DNA of 64,000 bases, from contig CAZOOF010000003.1 in the NCBI GenBank assembly GCA_964581365.1, forward strand, positions 28,042 to 92,041. Reading direction: 5' to 3'. Positions within the stretch are counted from its first letter, which is position 1. Each line of letters begins with the position of its first letter. This document shows, one piece after another, positions 51,604-60,400 of the stretch. The notes beneath the pieces were generated by a model that was given only the letters and a program-made list of their open reading frames with translations, was not told where the DNA came from and ran no database searches. A program made the translations under genes and the position numbers. This DNA comes from an uncultured Chromatiales bacterium. GTDB taxonomy: Bacteria; Pseudomonadota; Gammaproteobacteria; SZUA-140.

Positions 51604-53604
51604 TCAGGCCCGCTTGCGTGCCGCGCTATCTGCGGACGGCCGCGGCGCGCAGGCCAGCAGACCGCTGTGGAATTTCTCCAGGGCCGCCTTGCGCTCGACC
51701 AGAGCTGCCTGGCCGGTCTGGAGCTCGCGCAGCTGAGTTTCGAGGTTGTCCTTGGATTCCCGGATGCGGCTGAGCGTCTTCATGTGGCGCTCCGTGCTGT
51801 TGCGCATTTCCTGAATCTGTCCAACCAGAGGGTTGACCAGTTCCTTGAGCCAGGCGTCAGCCTCCCTGTTGGCCTCGACAAAGATGTTGCGGGCATGAGC
51901 CACCAGCGAGATGAAGAACTTCTTAACCACGAAGCTCTGCTCGGTCATGGTGGTGCTCGGGCTGTTGCGGAACTCCTCTGCTCTCAGATACAGGAGGTCC
52001 AGTTCCTCGGTGTACTTTCGTGTCGGGAACATGCGCGGTTCGGCGATGCGCAGACCGTAATCGTCATGAAAGCGCTTGTAGATCGACTGCACCAGCTTGA
52101 AGGTCTCTTCGGACTGGCGCACGGTGATCTGCATGGCGTCGCGCATGCTGTCGAAGAAGACCGAAATGCCGTTCTTCATGCCCGCGGTGGTCCAACTGCC
52201 GGCCATGTCCTCGCGTGTCCGTTCGATGATCTTGTCGATGGCGCCCAAATCCATGGTGGCAAACATGCTCTTGGCCTGCAGCGCCAGCTTCTTGCGACTG
52301 AGCTGGAAGGCCTTCACGCTCTCATAGTAGAGGTTCTTCTTCTCCTTGGCCTTGATCAGCAGCTGCTGAACGATGTCCTCGTTGTTCCCTTTGACCGAGT
52401 CGATCTCATTGATCTGGGCGTTCAGGTTCTCGATCTGGCTGTCGAGCGGAACCCGGATTTCTTCCACTGAGCGCTCGAACAGGCCCACGAGGTTATCCCA
52501 GATGACCTGCTGGCGATGCGGCAGGATATCGTCCCCGAGCAGGGATTCGAGCGCGGGCAGGTTGCTGCGCTGCAGCAGTTCCTGGTTGCCGCGGATCTTG
52601 GCGAGCAAGGCCTTCTGGGCGGAAATCGGGAACACGTTGGCGGCATCGATCTCCAGCAGGCGGGCGCTGCTCTGGCACTGCTCACGGATGGTGGCTTCCA
52701 CCTCTTCCGGGCGTTTCATCTCGTCCCAGAGCGTGTCGATCTTGTTGAGCACCGCCACCAGACCCTTCTGCTTTTTGGTGCGGAAGGCGGTGATGTAGTT
52801 CTGCCACATATCCAGATCGCTGCGCGTCACGCCGGTGTCCGCGGAGAGAATGAACAGCACCGCCTGGGCGCTCGGAAGCATGTTGATCGTCAGCTCCGGC
52901 TCGGAACCAAGCGCATTCAGACCCGGCGTGTCCAGAATGACCAGTCCCTGGGTCAGCAAAGGGTGGGGGAAGCTGATCATGGCATGGCGCCAGACCGGGA
53001 TTTCTACGGTGTCCGGCTTGGCCGCATCGCTGCCCGCGTTGGCAATCTCTTCCACATAGAGTCCGAGCTGCTCGGCCTCCTGGACCGTCACCCGCTTCGT
53101 GCGTACCACCTCCTGGCAGGTTTCCACGATCTGGTCGGGCGAGGACATGTCCAGCGGGAGATGGGTCCAGTAACTGGATTCCGCCTTCAGCTCGGACAGG
53201 CTGAGTTCGCTCAGCCGCGTCTCGATCGGCAGTAGCCGGAGATAGGCTTCGCCTGCTTCGCGGTCGTAGAACAGCTCGGTCGGACACATCGTGGTGCGAC
53301 CGGCGTCGGATGGCAACAGGCGTCGACCCAGATCGGCGAAGAAAATGGCGTTGATCAGCTCGGTTTTGCCGCGCGAGAACTCCGCGACAAAGGCGATGTT
53401 GATCTGGTCGGTCTGCAACGCATTGAGCGCGTCGTAGATCCGCAGTTCGATTTCAGGACTGCCGAGCTGATTGCTGTTCAGCCATTCCTGAAAGTCCCGC
53501 ATCATTCCGGTCAGTTCCGCCTTCCAGGTGGAGAAGGCCTGCATCTGATCTCGGAAGCGATCCTGTTCCGGGGCGTGTTTCAGCCCGATTGCTTTGCTGG
53601 ACAT
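51604..53604 (-). CDS. Bacterial dynamin-like GTPase
   Basis: AEFSRGKT (G1 variant), TTMCPTE, DTPG, NKID; helical C-terminal region. Confidence 0.87.
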   Translation of the reverse strand: MSSKAIGLKHAPEQDRFRDQMQAFSTWKAELTGMMRDFQEWLNSNQLGSPEIELRIYDALNALQTDQINIAFVAEFSRGKTELINAIFFADLGRRLLPSDAGRTTMCPTELFYDREAGEAYLRLLPIETRLSELSLSELKAESSYWTHLPLDMSSPDQIVETCQEVVRTKRVTVQEAEQLGLYVEEIANAGSDAAKPDTVEIPVWRHAMISFPHPLLTQGLVILDTPGLNALGSEPELTINMLPSAQAVLFILSADTGVTRSDLDMWQNYITAFRTKKQKGLVAVLNKIDTLWDEMKRPEEVEATIREQCQSSARLLEIDAANVFPISAQKALLAKIRGNQELLQRSNLPALESLLGDDILPHRQQVIWDNLVGLFERSVEEIRVPLDSQIENLNAQINEIDSVKGNNEDIVQQLLIKAKEKKNLYYESVKAFQLSRKKLALQAKSMFATMDLGAIDKIIERTREDMAGSWTTAGMKNGISVFFDSMRDAMQITVRQSEETFKLVQSIYKRFHDDYGLRIAEPRMFPTRKYTEELDLLYLRAEEFRNSPSTTMTEQSFVVKKFFISLVAHARNIFVEANREADAWLKELVNPLVGQIQEMRNSTERHMKTLSRIRESKDNLETQLRELQTGQAALVERKAALEKFHSGLLACAPRPSADSAARKRA

Positions 53605-53785
53605 GGGTTGGCCGGACCTGCAGTTATTATGCGTTACCCTGGGTTATCGGAATGTTGCCGATTTGTATGAGTTTTTCCTGTGATCCAGTGCCGTTTTGCA
53701 GCATCCGCCCGTGACTGGCAACGGATGTCGCGCGCACTGTCGGGGAATGCTGCCGCTGCTGAGGCTGCAGCGAAGACCGGTTGCC

Positions 53786-53810
53786 CCTCGCGTCCTTATC
53801 GGACGCGAGG
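53786..53810. terminator. Hairpin downstream of yggT
   Basis: CCTCGCGTCC-ttatc-GGACGCGAGG. Confidence 0.5.
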
Positions 53811-53845
53811 CATGCCAGGTTGAGGGGGGATACGAAAAAGGAGGT

Positions 53846-54424
53846 TCAGGCCAGACCCAGCCCGAGGTCGCGCAGCGGAGCCACGACCAGCATCTTGGTC
53901 ATCTGAATCAGCAGCAGAATCACCAGCGGGGAGAAGTCGATGCCGCCCGTATTCGGCAGCATGCGCCGGATCGGACGCAGCACGGGTTCGTTCAGGCTGT
54001 GTAGCAGCGACACCAGCGGGTTGTAGGCACCGGGATTGATCCAGCTCAGTACCACCTGGATGAGGATGGAGATCAGGAACACATTGAGGGCGAGGGCGAA
54101 CAGCTCGCTGATCGAGATCACCAGCAATCCGGGCACGGCCATGGTCAGGCCTCCCGTCATCTGGATCAGCCAGAAGGCGAGCATCTGGAGCGCCAGCATG
54201 AGAATGATCGACGCGAGGTCGATACCCCACAATCCCGGAATGACCCGCCGTAGCGGACGCAGGGGCGGATTGGTCGCTTTCACCAGGAACTGGCACACCG
54301 GATTGTAGAAGTCCGCGCGAACCCATTGCAGCAGGAAGCGCAGCATGATCATCAGTATGTAGATGGAGAACACCGTGTCCAGCAAATAGGCGGCGGCGTT
54401 GGAAACATAGGGGTTGCCGGTCAT
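53846..54424 (-). CDS. yggT: YggT-family membrane protein
   Basis: RADFYNPVCQ, PLRPLRRVIP, GGIDFSP. Confidence 0.93.
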   Translation of the reverse strand: MTGNPYVSNAAAYLLDTVFSIYILMIMLRFLLQWVRADFYNPVCQFLVKATNPPLRPLRRVIPGLWGIDLASIILMLALQMLAFWLIQMTGGLTMAVPGLLVISISELFALALNVFLISILIQVVLSWINPGAYNPLVSLLHSLNEPVLRPIRRMLPNTGGIDFSPLVILLLIQMTKMLVVAPLRDLGLGLA

Positions 54425-55251
54425 GCGGATCCTTTGTCGAGAAGGTTGGACAATTCGATGGCGCGGTCCCGGGCAGCCTGCAGGGCGCGGCCGAGGAGAT
54501 TCCCAAGATCGCCGTCGTGGAGCACCTGAAGCGCGCGTTCGGTGGTTCCGCCCGGCGAGGTGACCTGCTCCCGCAGCTCACCAGGGCTGTGAAGAGGGCT
54601 CTCCAGCGCCATCTTGGCAGCCCCGAATGCGGTTTGTATGGTCAGCAGGCGGGCGATCCCCGGCTCCAGTCCCAGCCGGCACGCTTCCTCCTCCAGTAGT
54701 TCCATGAACAGGAAGAAATAGGCCGGACCGCTCCCGGAGAGGGCGGTTACCACATCCATCAGCGTTTCATCTTCGATCCACTGGGTCAGTCCGACCGCGC
54801 GCATGATCGATTCCGCCGTTTCGCGATGTCCGGCTCCGGCGGAGAGGATGGCGTAAAGCGCCGTAGCGCCGCTCTGCACCAGGGCGGGTGTGTTGGGCAT
54901 CGCGCGCACGATCGGCACGTCGCCGAACCAGGCCGAGAGTGTCGTCGTCCGGATGCCCGCAGCCACCGATATGACCAGTTGTTCGCCGGTCAGAGCCGGA
55001 GCCAGTTCCCGGGCGACCTGTTCGACCACTTGGGGCTTGACCGCGATGACGATGACAGCGGCGCCCGCGACCGCCTCCGTATTGGAAGCGCAGGTGCGGA
55101 TGCCGAAGCGCTCGCCGAGCTGGCGTCGCTTTTCAGCGTCCGCATCCGCTACCGACAGCAGCGTCCGCGAATATCCGTCGGCGATCAGGCCGCCGATCAG
55201 GCTGCCGGCCATGTTGCCGCCGCCAATGAAGGCTATGGAGAGATCGTTCAT
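54421..55251 (-). CDS. proC: Pyrroline-5-carboxylate reductase
   Basis: FIGGGNMA, RAMPNTP, SGSGPAY, VTSPGGTT. Confidence 0.97.
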   Translation of the reverse strand: MNDLSIAFIGGGNMAGSLIGGLIADGYSRTLLSVADADAEKRRQLGERFGIRTCASNTEAVAGAAVIVIAVKPQVVEQVARELAPALTGEQLVISVAAGIRTTTLSAWFGDVPIVRAMPNTPALVQSGATALYAILSAGAGHRETAESIMRAVGLTQWIEDETLMDVVTALSGSGPAYFFLFMELLEEEACRLGLEPGIARLLTIQTAFGAAKMALESPLHSPGELREQVTSPGGTTERALQVLHDGDLGNLLGRALQAARDRAIELSNLLDKGSA

Positions 55252-55314
55252 CTGTCCTCGTTCCGACGCTCGGAGTTCTGCAGCAGTCTACCCCAACCGG
55301 ATCGTCGGCGCCCG

Positions 55315-56010
55315 TTACCCGGAGGCGGCCGGCCGGGCGCCAAAGAGTCCGCTGCCGACGCGCACCAGGGTGGCGCCCTCGGCGATTGCTGCCTCGAAGT
55401 CACTGCTCATGCCCATGGATAATGTATCGAGCCCGGGCCATTGCTCCTGCAGTTCGAGCAGCAATTCGCGCAGCCGGCGGAACGACGAGCGGGATTCCTG
55501 CATGCCAGCTGCCGGCGCCGGTATCGTCATCAGGCCGCGCAGGCGCAGGCGTGGCAGTCCGATGATTTCTCCGATCAGTGCCGATGCCTCTTCCGGACGA
55601 ACACCGGATTTGCTCGCTTCACCACTGATATTAATCTGCACGCAGATCTGCAGCGGTGGCAGTTCCGGCGGTCGCTGTTCGCTCAGACGCGCAGCGATGC
55701 GCGCGCGGTCGATGCCGTGGACCCAGGAGAAGTGGGTGGCGATTCCGCGTGTCTTGTTCGATTGGACGGGGCCGATGAAATGCCACTCCAGACCGAGCTT
55801 CTGGAGTGCCGCGATCTTCGTCAGCGCCTCTCCGAGATAGCTCTCTCCGAAGCATCTCTGTCCTGCCTCCGCCAGCGCCCGGATGGCATCCGGCGCAAAG
55901 GTTTTGCTGACGGCCACCAGCCCGACCGACCCGCCGGGGCGGCCGCTGAGCCGTTCGGCTTCCCGAATGCGGGCCAGCACGGTTGTGAGCCGTTCAGCGG
56001 GACTGCTCAC
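55315..56010 (-). CDS. yggS: PLP homeostasis protein
   Basis: LVAVSKT, WHFIGPVQSNK, LSMGMS, VRVGS. Confidence 0.96.
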   Translation of the reverse strand: MSSPAERLTTVLARIREAERLSGRPGGSVGLVAVSKTFAPDAIRALAEAGQRCFGESYLGEALTKIAALQKLGLEWHFIGPVQSNKTRGIATHFSWVHGIDRARIAARLSEQRPPELPPLQICVQINISGEASKSGVRPEEASALIGEIIGLPRLRLRGLMTIPAPAAGMQESRSSFRRLRELLLELQEQWPGLDTLSMGMSSDFEAAIAEGATLVRVGSGLFGARPAASG

Positions 56011-56135
56011 GACTGTTCGTCCACGGGCGCCTCAAGATGGAGGGCGCGGTGCCGCTAGTTGTCTGGGATTCAACTTTCATGGAAGGCGTTCACGAATCCT
56101 GCGCCAGTTTGCCACAAGACTTCGAGGACAAGTAG

Positions 56136-57173
56136 ATGGATATCGCGGAACTGCTCGCGTTCAGCGTCAAGAACAAGGCTTCCGACCTGCATCTTTCGGC
56201 CGATCTGCCGCCGATGATCCGCGTCGACGGCGACGTGCGCCGCATCAATGTGCCGCCGCTCGACAACAAGACGGTGCAGTCGATGCTATACGACATAATG
56301 AGCGACAAGCAGAGAAAGGATTTCGAGGAGTTCCTCGAGACCGACTTTTCATTCGAGATCCCGGGTCTGGCCCGTTTCCGCGTCAACGTCTTCAATCACA
56401 ATCGGGGTGTCGGCGGCGTGTTCCGCACCATTCCCTCTACCATCCTGTCGCTCGAGGAGCTCGGCGCGCCATCCATATTCAAGCGCATTTCCGAGTATCC
56501 CCGCGGGATCGTACTGGTTACCGGTCCAACCGGTTCGGGTAAATCGACCACCCTGGCGGCCATGCTGGATTACAAGAACAACAACGAATTCGGTCACATC
56601 CTCACCATCGAGGATCCGATCGAGTTCGTTCATCAGAGTAAGAAGTGTCTGGTCAATCAGCGCGAGATCGGGCGCGATTCGCTGGGTTTCGCCGAGGCGC
56701 TCCGTTCGGCCCTGCGTGAGGATCCGGACATCATCCTGGTTGGTGAAATGCGTGATCCCGAAACCATCGGTCTTGCGCTCACGGCAGCCGAAACCGGCCA
56801 CATGGTGTTCGGCACCCTGCATACCAGTTCGGCGGCCAAGACCATCGACCGAATCATCGACGTGTTCCCGGCCGCGGAGAAGGAAATGGTTCGTTCGATG
56901 CTTTCGGAGTCGCTGCGGGCGGTTATTTCGCAGACGCTGCTCAAGAAAGTTGGCGGCGGCCGGGTCGCTGCCCATGAGATCATGATCGGCACCCCCGCGA
57001 TCCGAAACCTGATCCGCGAAAATAAGGTGCCGCAGATGTATTCGGCGATCCAGACCGGCCAGTCCGTCGGTATGCAGACACTCGATCAGTGTCTCCAGGA
57101 ACTGGTGCGCAAGGGCGTGGTGACCAAGCAGGATGCCATGGCCAAGGCCATGAACCGCGAGAGCTTCGCCTAG
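56136..57173 (+). CDS. pilT: Type IV pilus retraction ATPase
   Basis: ASDLHLS, GPTGSGKSTT, ALREDPD, AIRNLIRE. Confidence 0.97.
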   Translation: MDIAELLAFSVKNKASDLHLSADLPPMIRVDGDVRRINVPPLDNKTVQSMLYDIMSDKQRKDFEEFLETDFSFEIPGLARFRVNVFNHNRGVGGVFRTIPSTILSLEELGAPSIFKRISEYPRGIVLVTGPTGSGKSTTLAAMLDYKNNNEFGHILTIEDPIEFVHQSKKCLVNQREIGRDSLGFAEALRSALREDPDIILVGEMRDPETIGLALTAAETGHMVFGTLHTSSAAKTIDRIIDVFPAAEKEMVRSMLSESLRAVISQTLLKKVGGGRVAAHEIMIGTPAIRNLIRENKVPQMYSAIQTGQSVGMQTLDQCLQELVRKGVVTKQDAMAKAMNRESFA

Positions 57174-57246
57174 GCATCGCTTGCGGTCGCGCCGAAGGGC
57201 GGCACGGGATGCGCCGGGGCGATGGCGCGAGCCGCGCCACCGGGGC

Positions 57247-58005
57247 TCAATCCGGCAGGAAGACCCGCCCCGCGCCGGGGATCATCCGGATCGGATGCTG
57301 ATACAGGCGGCTCAGGCTGCCCGCAGTCAGGATTTCGTCCACCGTGCCGTGATCGCATGCTCCATCGCCGTGGAGCAGCAGCGCGTGGTCACAGAATCTG
57401 GCTGCCAGGTTGACGTCATGCAGGACTATGGCCGCAGCATGTCCGGGTTCCCGCGCTCGCCGGCGAATCAGCTCCATGATGGCAATCTGGTGTCTCAGGT
57501 CGAGATGATTATTCGGCTCGTCCAGCAGATAGATGGCTGGTGACTGGGCCAGCACCGTCGCCAGCCCCAGGCGCTGAGCCTCACCTCCCGACAGCGTGGT
57601 GATCGTGCGGGTTTCCATGCTGGCCAGGTCGACTTCCGCCAGCGCAGCCTGAGTCATGGCGATGTCATCCTCGCTTTCCCAGTTCCAGCGATCCAGCCAC
57701 GGGTGCCTGCCCGTCAGGGCGGTTTCGAGCACCGTTCCCGGAAATGCGTGCGCGCGGCTCTGGAAGAGCACACCGATGCGACGTGCCCGCTCACGATGTG
57801 GCCAGTCATCGAGTGGTCTGCCGCCGAGCAGGACCTCGCCCTCATCCGGCGGATGCAGGCCGGCCAGGGATTTGAGCAGCGTAGTCTTGCCGACGCCATT
57901 GCGGCCCAGAATCGCCCAGACGGAACCTTCGTCGATCATCAGATCGAGCGCGCGACAGACCTGGCTCCCGGCAATGCTCACGGAGAGCTTGCGTGTTTCC
58001 AGCAT
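57247..58005 (-). CDS. ABC ATPase, cobalamin/iron-chelate uptake type
   Basis: GRNGVGKTT, LSGGEAQR, LDEPNNHLDLRHQ, LHDVNLA. Confidence 0.88.
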   Translation of the reverse strand: MLETRKLSVSIAGSQVCRALDLMIDEGSVWAILGRNGVGKTTLLKSLAGLHPPDEGEVLLGGRPLDDWPHRERARRIGVLFQSRAHAFPGTVLETALTGRHPWLDRWNWESEDDIAMTQAALAEVDLASMETRTITTLSGGEAQRLGLATVLAQSPAIYLLDEPNNHLDLRHQIAIMELIRRRAREPGHAAAIVLHDVNLAARFCDHALLLHGDGACDHGTVDEILTAGSLSRLYQHPIRMIPGAGRVFLPD

Positions 58006-58994
58006 CAGGCGCTCCGCCGCAGTAGAAACAGGAATAGCGGCACTCCCAGCAAGGCCGTGATCACTCCGACCGGCAGTTGCAGCGGTGCCGCTGCGGTGCG
58101 CGCCAGCGTATCGGCAAGGGTCAGCATGGCGGCGCCGAGCAGGGCGGAGGCGGGGAGGAGAATGCGGTGGTCATGGGCGCCGGCAAGGCGGAGGATGTGA
58201 GGCGCGATCAGGCCGATGAAACCGATATTCCCCGCTACGGTGACAGCTACCGCGGTAAGCAGAGAGGACACCAGGTACAGCCGTAGCCGCAGCCCGGAGG
58301 TGGCCACCCCCAGGCTCCGCGCCTTGTGTTCGCCGTGCACGAGCACGTTGAGATCGCGGGCGGTGTAGAGACTGAATGCGAGTCCAAAGGCAAGCGTCAG
58401 CAGCGGAAAGCCGGGCGTGCTTGCCTGGCCGAGGTCACCCAGGAGCCAGAACATCATCCCGCGCAGGGTGGAGTCGGGACTGACGGCGAGAATGAAGCTG
58501 ATGGCGGCGCCCCAGCCGGCCGCGACTACGACGCCGGTCAGCAACAGGCGCGTAGCCGACCATTCGCCGGGGCCGCGCGCCAGGGCGAATACCAGCATCA
58601 TCGACAGCAGTGCGCCGCAGAAGGCGCTGCCTGAGAGCCAGTAACCGCTCAGGCCGGCCATCAGCGCACCCAAAGCCCCGACCGCCGCGCCGCCGGATAC
58701 CCCGAGTATGTACGGGTCAGCGAGTGGATTGCGCAGGAGCGCTTGCATCAGAGCGCCCGCGAGCGCCAGCAATCCGCCTGTGGCGCAGGCCGACAGGGCG
58801 CGCGGCAGGCGCAGATCCAGTACCAGATCCCTGGCGAAGGCGTCGGCGTCTCCGGTCATTACGCCGACAAGCTGATGCCAGCCAAGCTGGACACTGCCCA
58901 CGGCCAGCGCAAACGTCAGACTGGCCAGGACCAGGACGGTCAGCCCCGCCAGCAGCGGAACGCCCCGTCTCAGCGCAGGCTGACGATGGGCCAT
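58005..58994 (-). CDS. FecCD/BtuC-family permease
   Basis: LRLPRA, RNPLADPYILGVSGGA, IGFIGLIAPH. Confidence 0.92.
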   Translation of the reverse strand: MAHRQPALRRGVPLLAGLTVLVLASLTFALAVGSVQLGWHQLVGVMTGDADAFARDLVLDLRLPRALSACATGGLLALAGALMQALLRNPLADPYILGVSGGAAVGALGALMAGLSGYWLSGSAFCGALLSMMLVFALARGPGEWSATRLLLTGVVVAAGWGAAISFILAVSPDSTLRGMMFWLLGDLGQASTPGFPLLTLAFGLAFSLYTARDLNVLVHGEHKARSLGVATSGLRLRLYLVSSLLTAVAVTVAGNIGFIGLIAPHILRLAGAHDHRILLPASALLGAAMLTLADTLARTAAAPLQLPVGVITALLGVPLFLFLLRRSA

Positions 58995-59623
58995 CCGCGG
59001 TCTTTGGCGATGCGGGCGAGGGTCGGATCCGGGTCGACGGCTACCGGATGGGTCACCAGTTCAAGCAGTGGCAGGTCATTGTGGGAGTCGGAGTAGAACC
59101 AGCTCTCGGTCAGGTCACGCCCGCCGGCTTTCAGCCAGTCCCGCAGGCGCTGGACCTTACCTTCGCGGAAACTGGGGATGCCGATGATTTCTCCGGTGTA
59201 CCGCCCGTCCACGCGCTCGACTTCGCTGGCGAGCAGTTCGGTGATACCGAGCATATCGGCGATCGGACGGGTAATGAAGGAATTGGTGGCGGTGATGATG
59301 AGCAGTTCGTGTCCGCGCGCACGATGGCTCTCCACCAGCTCACGCGCGGCGGGCAATATGATCGGCTCGATCAGTTCCCGCAGGAAGCGATCGCGCAGCT
59401 GGTGCAGTTTTGCCGGTTCGTTTTCCGCGAGGGGGCGCAGCTGAAAGGCCAGCCACTCGCGGATATCCAGGCAGCCCTCCTTGTACTGGCGGAAGAAGCG
59501 CTCGTTCTCGCTCTCATAGTGCTCCCGGCCGACCACCCCTTCATCTACCAGGAACTTACCCCACAGGTAATCACTGTCCCCGGCCAGAAGGGTTTCATCC
59601 AGATCGAAAATCGCCAAGCTCAC
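58970..59623 (-). CDS. HAD-IB family hydrolase
   Basis: FDLDETLLAGDSD, TATNSF, YSDSHNDLPLL. Confidence 0.92.
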   Translation of the reverse strand: MSLAIFDLDETLLAGDSDYLWGKFLVDEGVVGREHYESENERFFRQYKEGCLDIREWLAFQLRPLAENEPAKLHQLRDRFLRELIEPIILPAARELVESHRARGHELLIITATNSFITRPIADMLGITELLASEVERVDGRYTGEIIGIPSFREGKVQRLRDWLKAGGRDLTESWFYSDSHNDLPLLELVTHPVAVDPDPTLARIAKDRGWPIVSLR

Positions 59624-59856
59624 GTCGCTTCTCCAAATCGGCTAACGTAGGCCATCGTCCGTACCGGCGCAAGCACCCGCAGCAGAACAGGTCGGGGAAG
59701 CGCCCGTTCATGCTGCCGGGATCCCGGTGGACCCGGTCGCTGGGAATGGCTGGAATCGGGCTGCGATGACGAATCGGGCGGCCGTAAGACGATTGCGGAT
59801 ACGAGGGAGATTGTGGGAGAATCGCCTGTATGCATATGCCGACGCAGGATTCCCAA

Positions 59857-60390
59857 GTGATTGATTTGGATGGCTACCGAGAAAATGTCGGTATCGTCCT
59901 CATCAACCGGGAGGGTCGCCTGCTATGGGCCCGGCGCATCGGCCAGAACGCCTGGCAGTTTCCCCAGGGAGGCATCTGTCGCAATGAAAGCCCGGAGCAG
60001 GCCATGTACCGGGAACTTCGCGAAGAGGTGGGGCTGGAGCCGGAAGACGTGGTAGTGCTCGCCCGGACCCGCGATTGGCTCCGCTACCAGCTTCCCAAAC
60101 ACCTGATACGGCGCCGCAGCCGGCCGGTATGCATCGGCCAGAAGCAGGTCTGGTACCTGCTCCACTTCGTTGCCGATGATCGTAAGGTCTGTCTGAACGC
60201 CAGCGACCAGCCGGAATTCGATCGCTGGCGCTGGGTCGACTACTGGGAGCCCGTTCGCCAGGTGGTGTCCTTCAAGCGCAAGGTTTATCGGAGTGCCCTA
60301 GAGGAATTCGCCGAGCTGGCCTTCATCGACGGCAAATTCAAACCGGCTCTGCTCGCTGGTTCGGCAGCCCGTCTTGGCCGCCGGGCCTAG
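59857..60390 (+). CDS. rppH: RNA pyrophosphohydrolase
   Basis: [15 protein letters not shown], Nudix box [18 protein letters not shown]. Confidence 0.96.
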   Translation: MIDLDGYRENVGIVLINREGRLLWARRIGQNAWQFPQGGICRNESPEQAMYRELREEVGLEPEDVVVLARTRDWLRYQLPKHLIRRRSRPVCIGQKQVWYLLHFVADDRKVCLNASDQPEFDRWRWVDYWEPVRQVVSFKRKVYRSALEEFAELAFIDGKFKPALLAGSAARLGRRA

Positions 60391-60400
60391 CGCAGACGGG

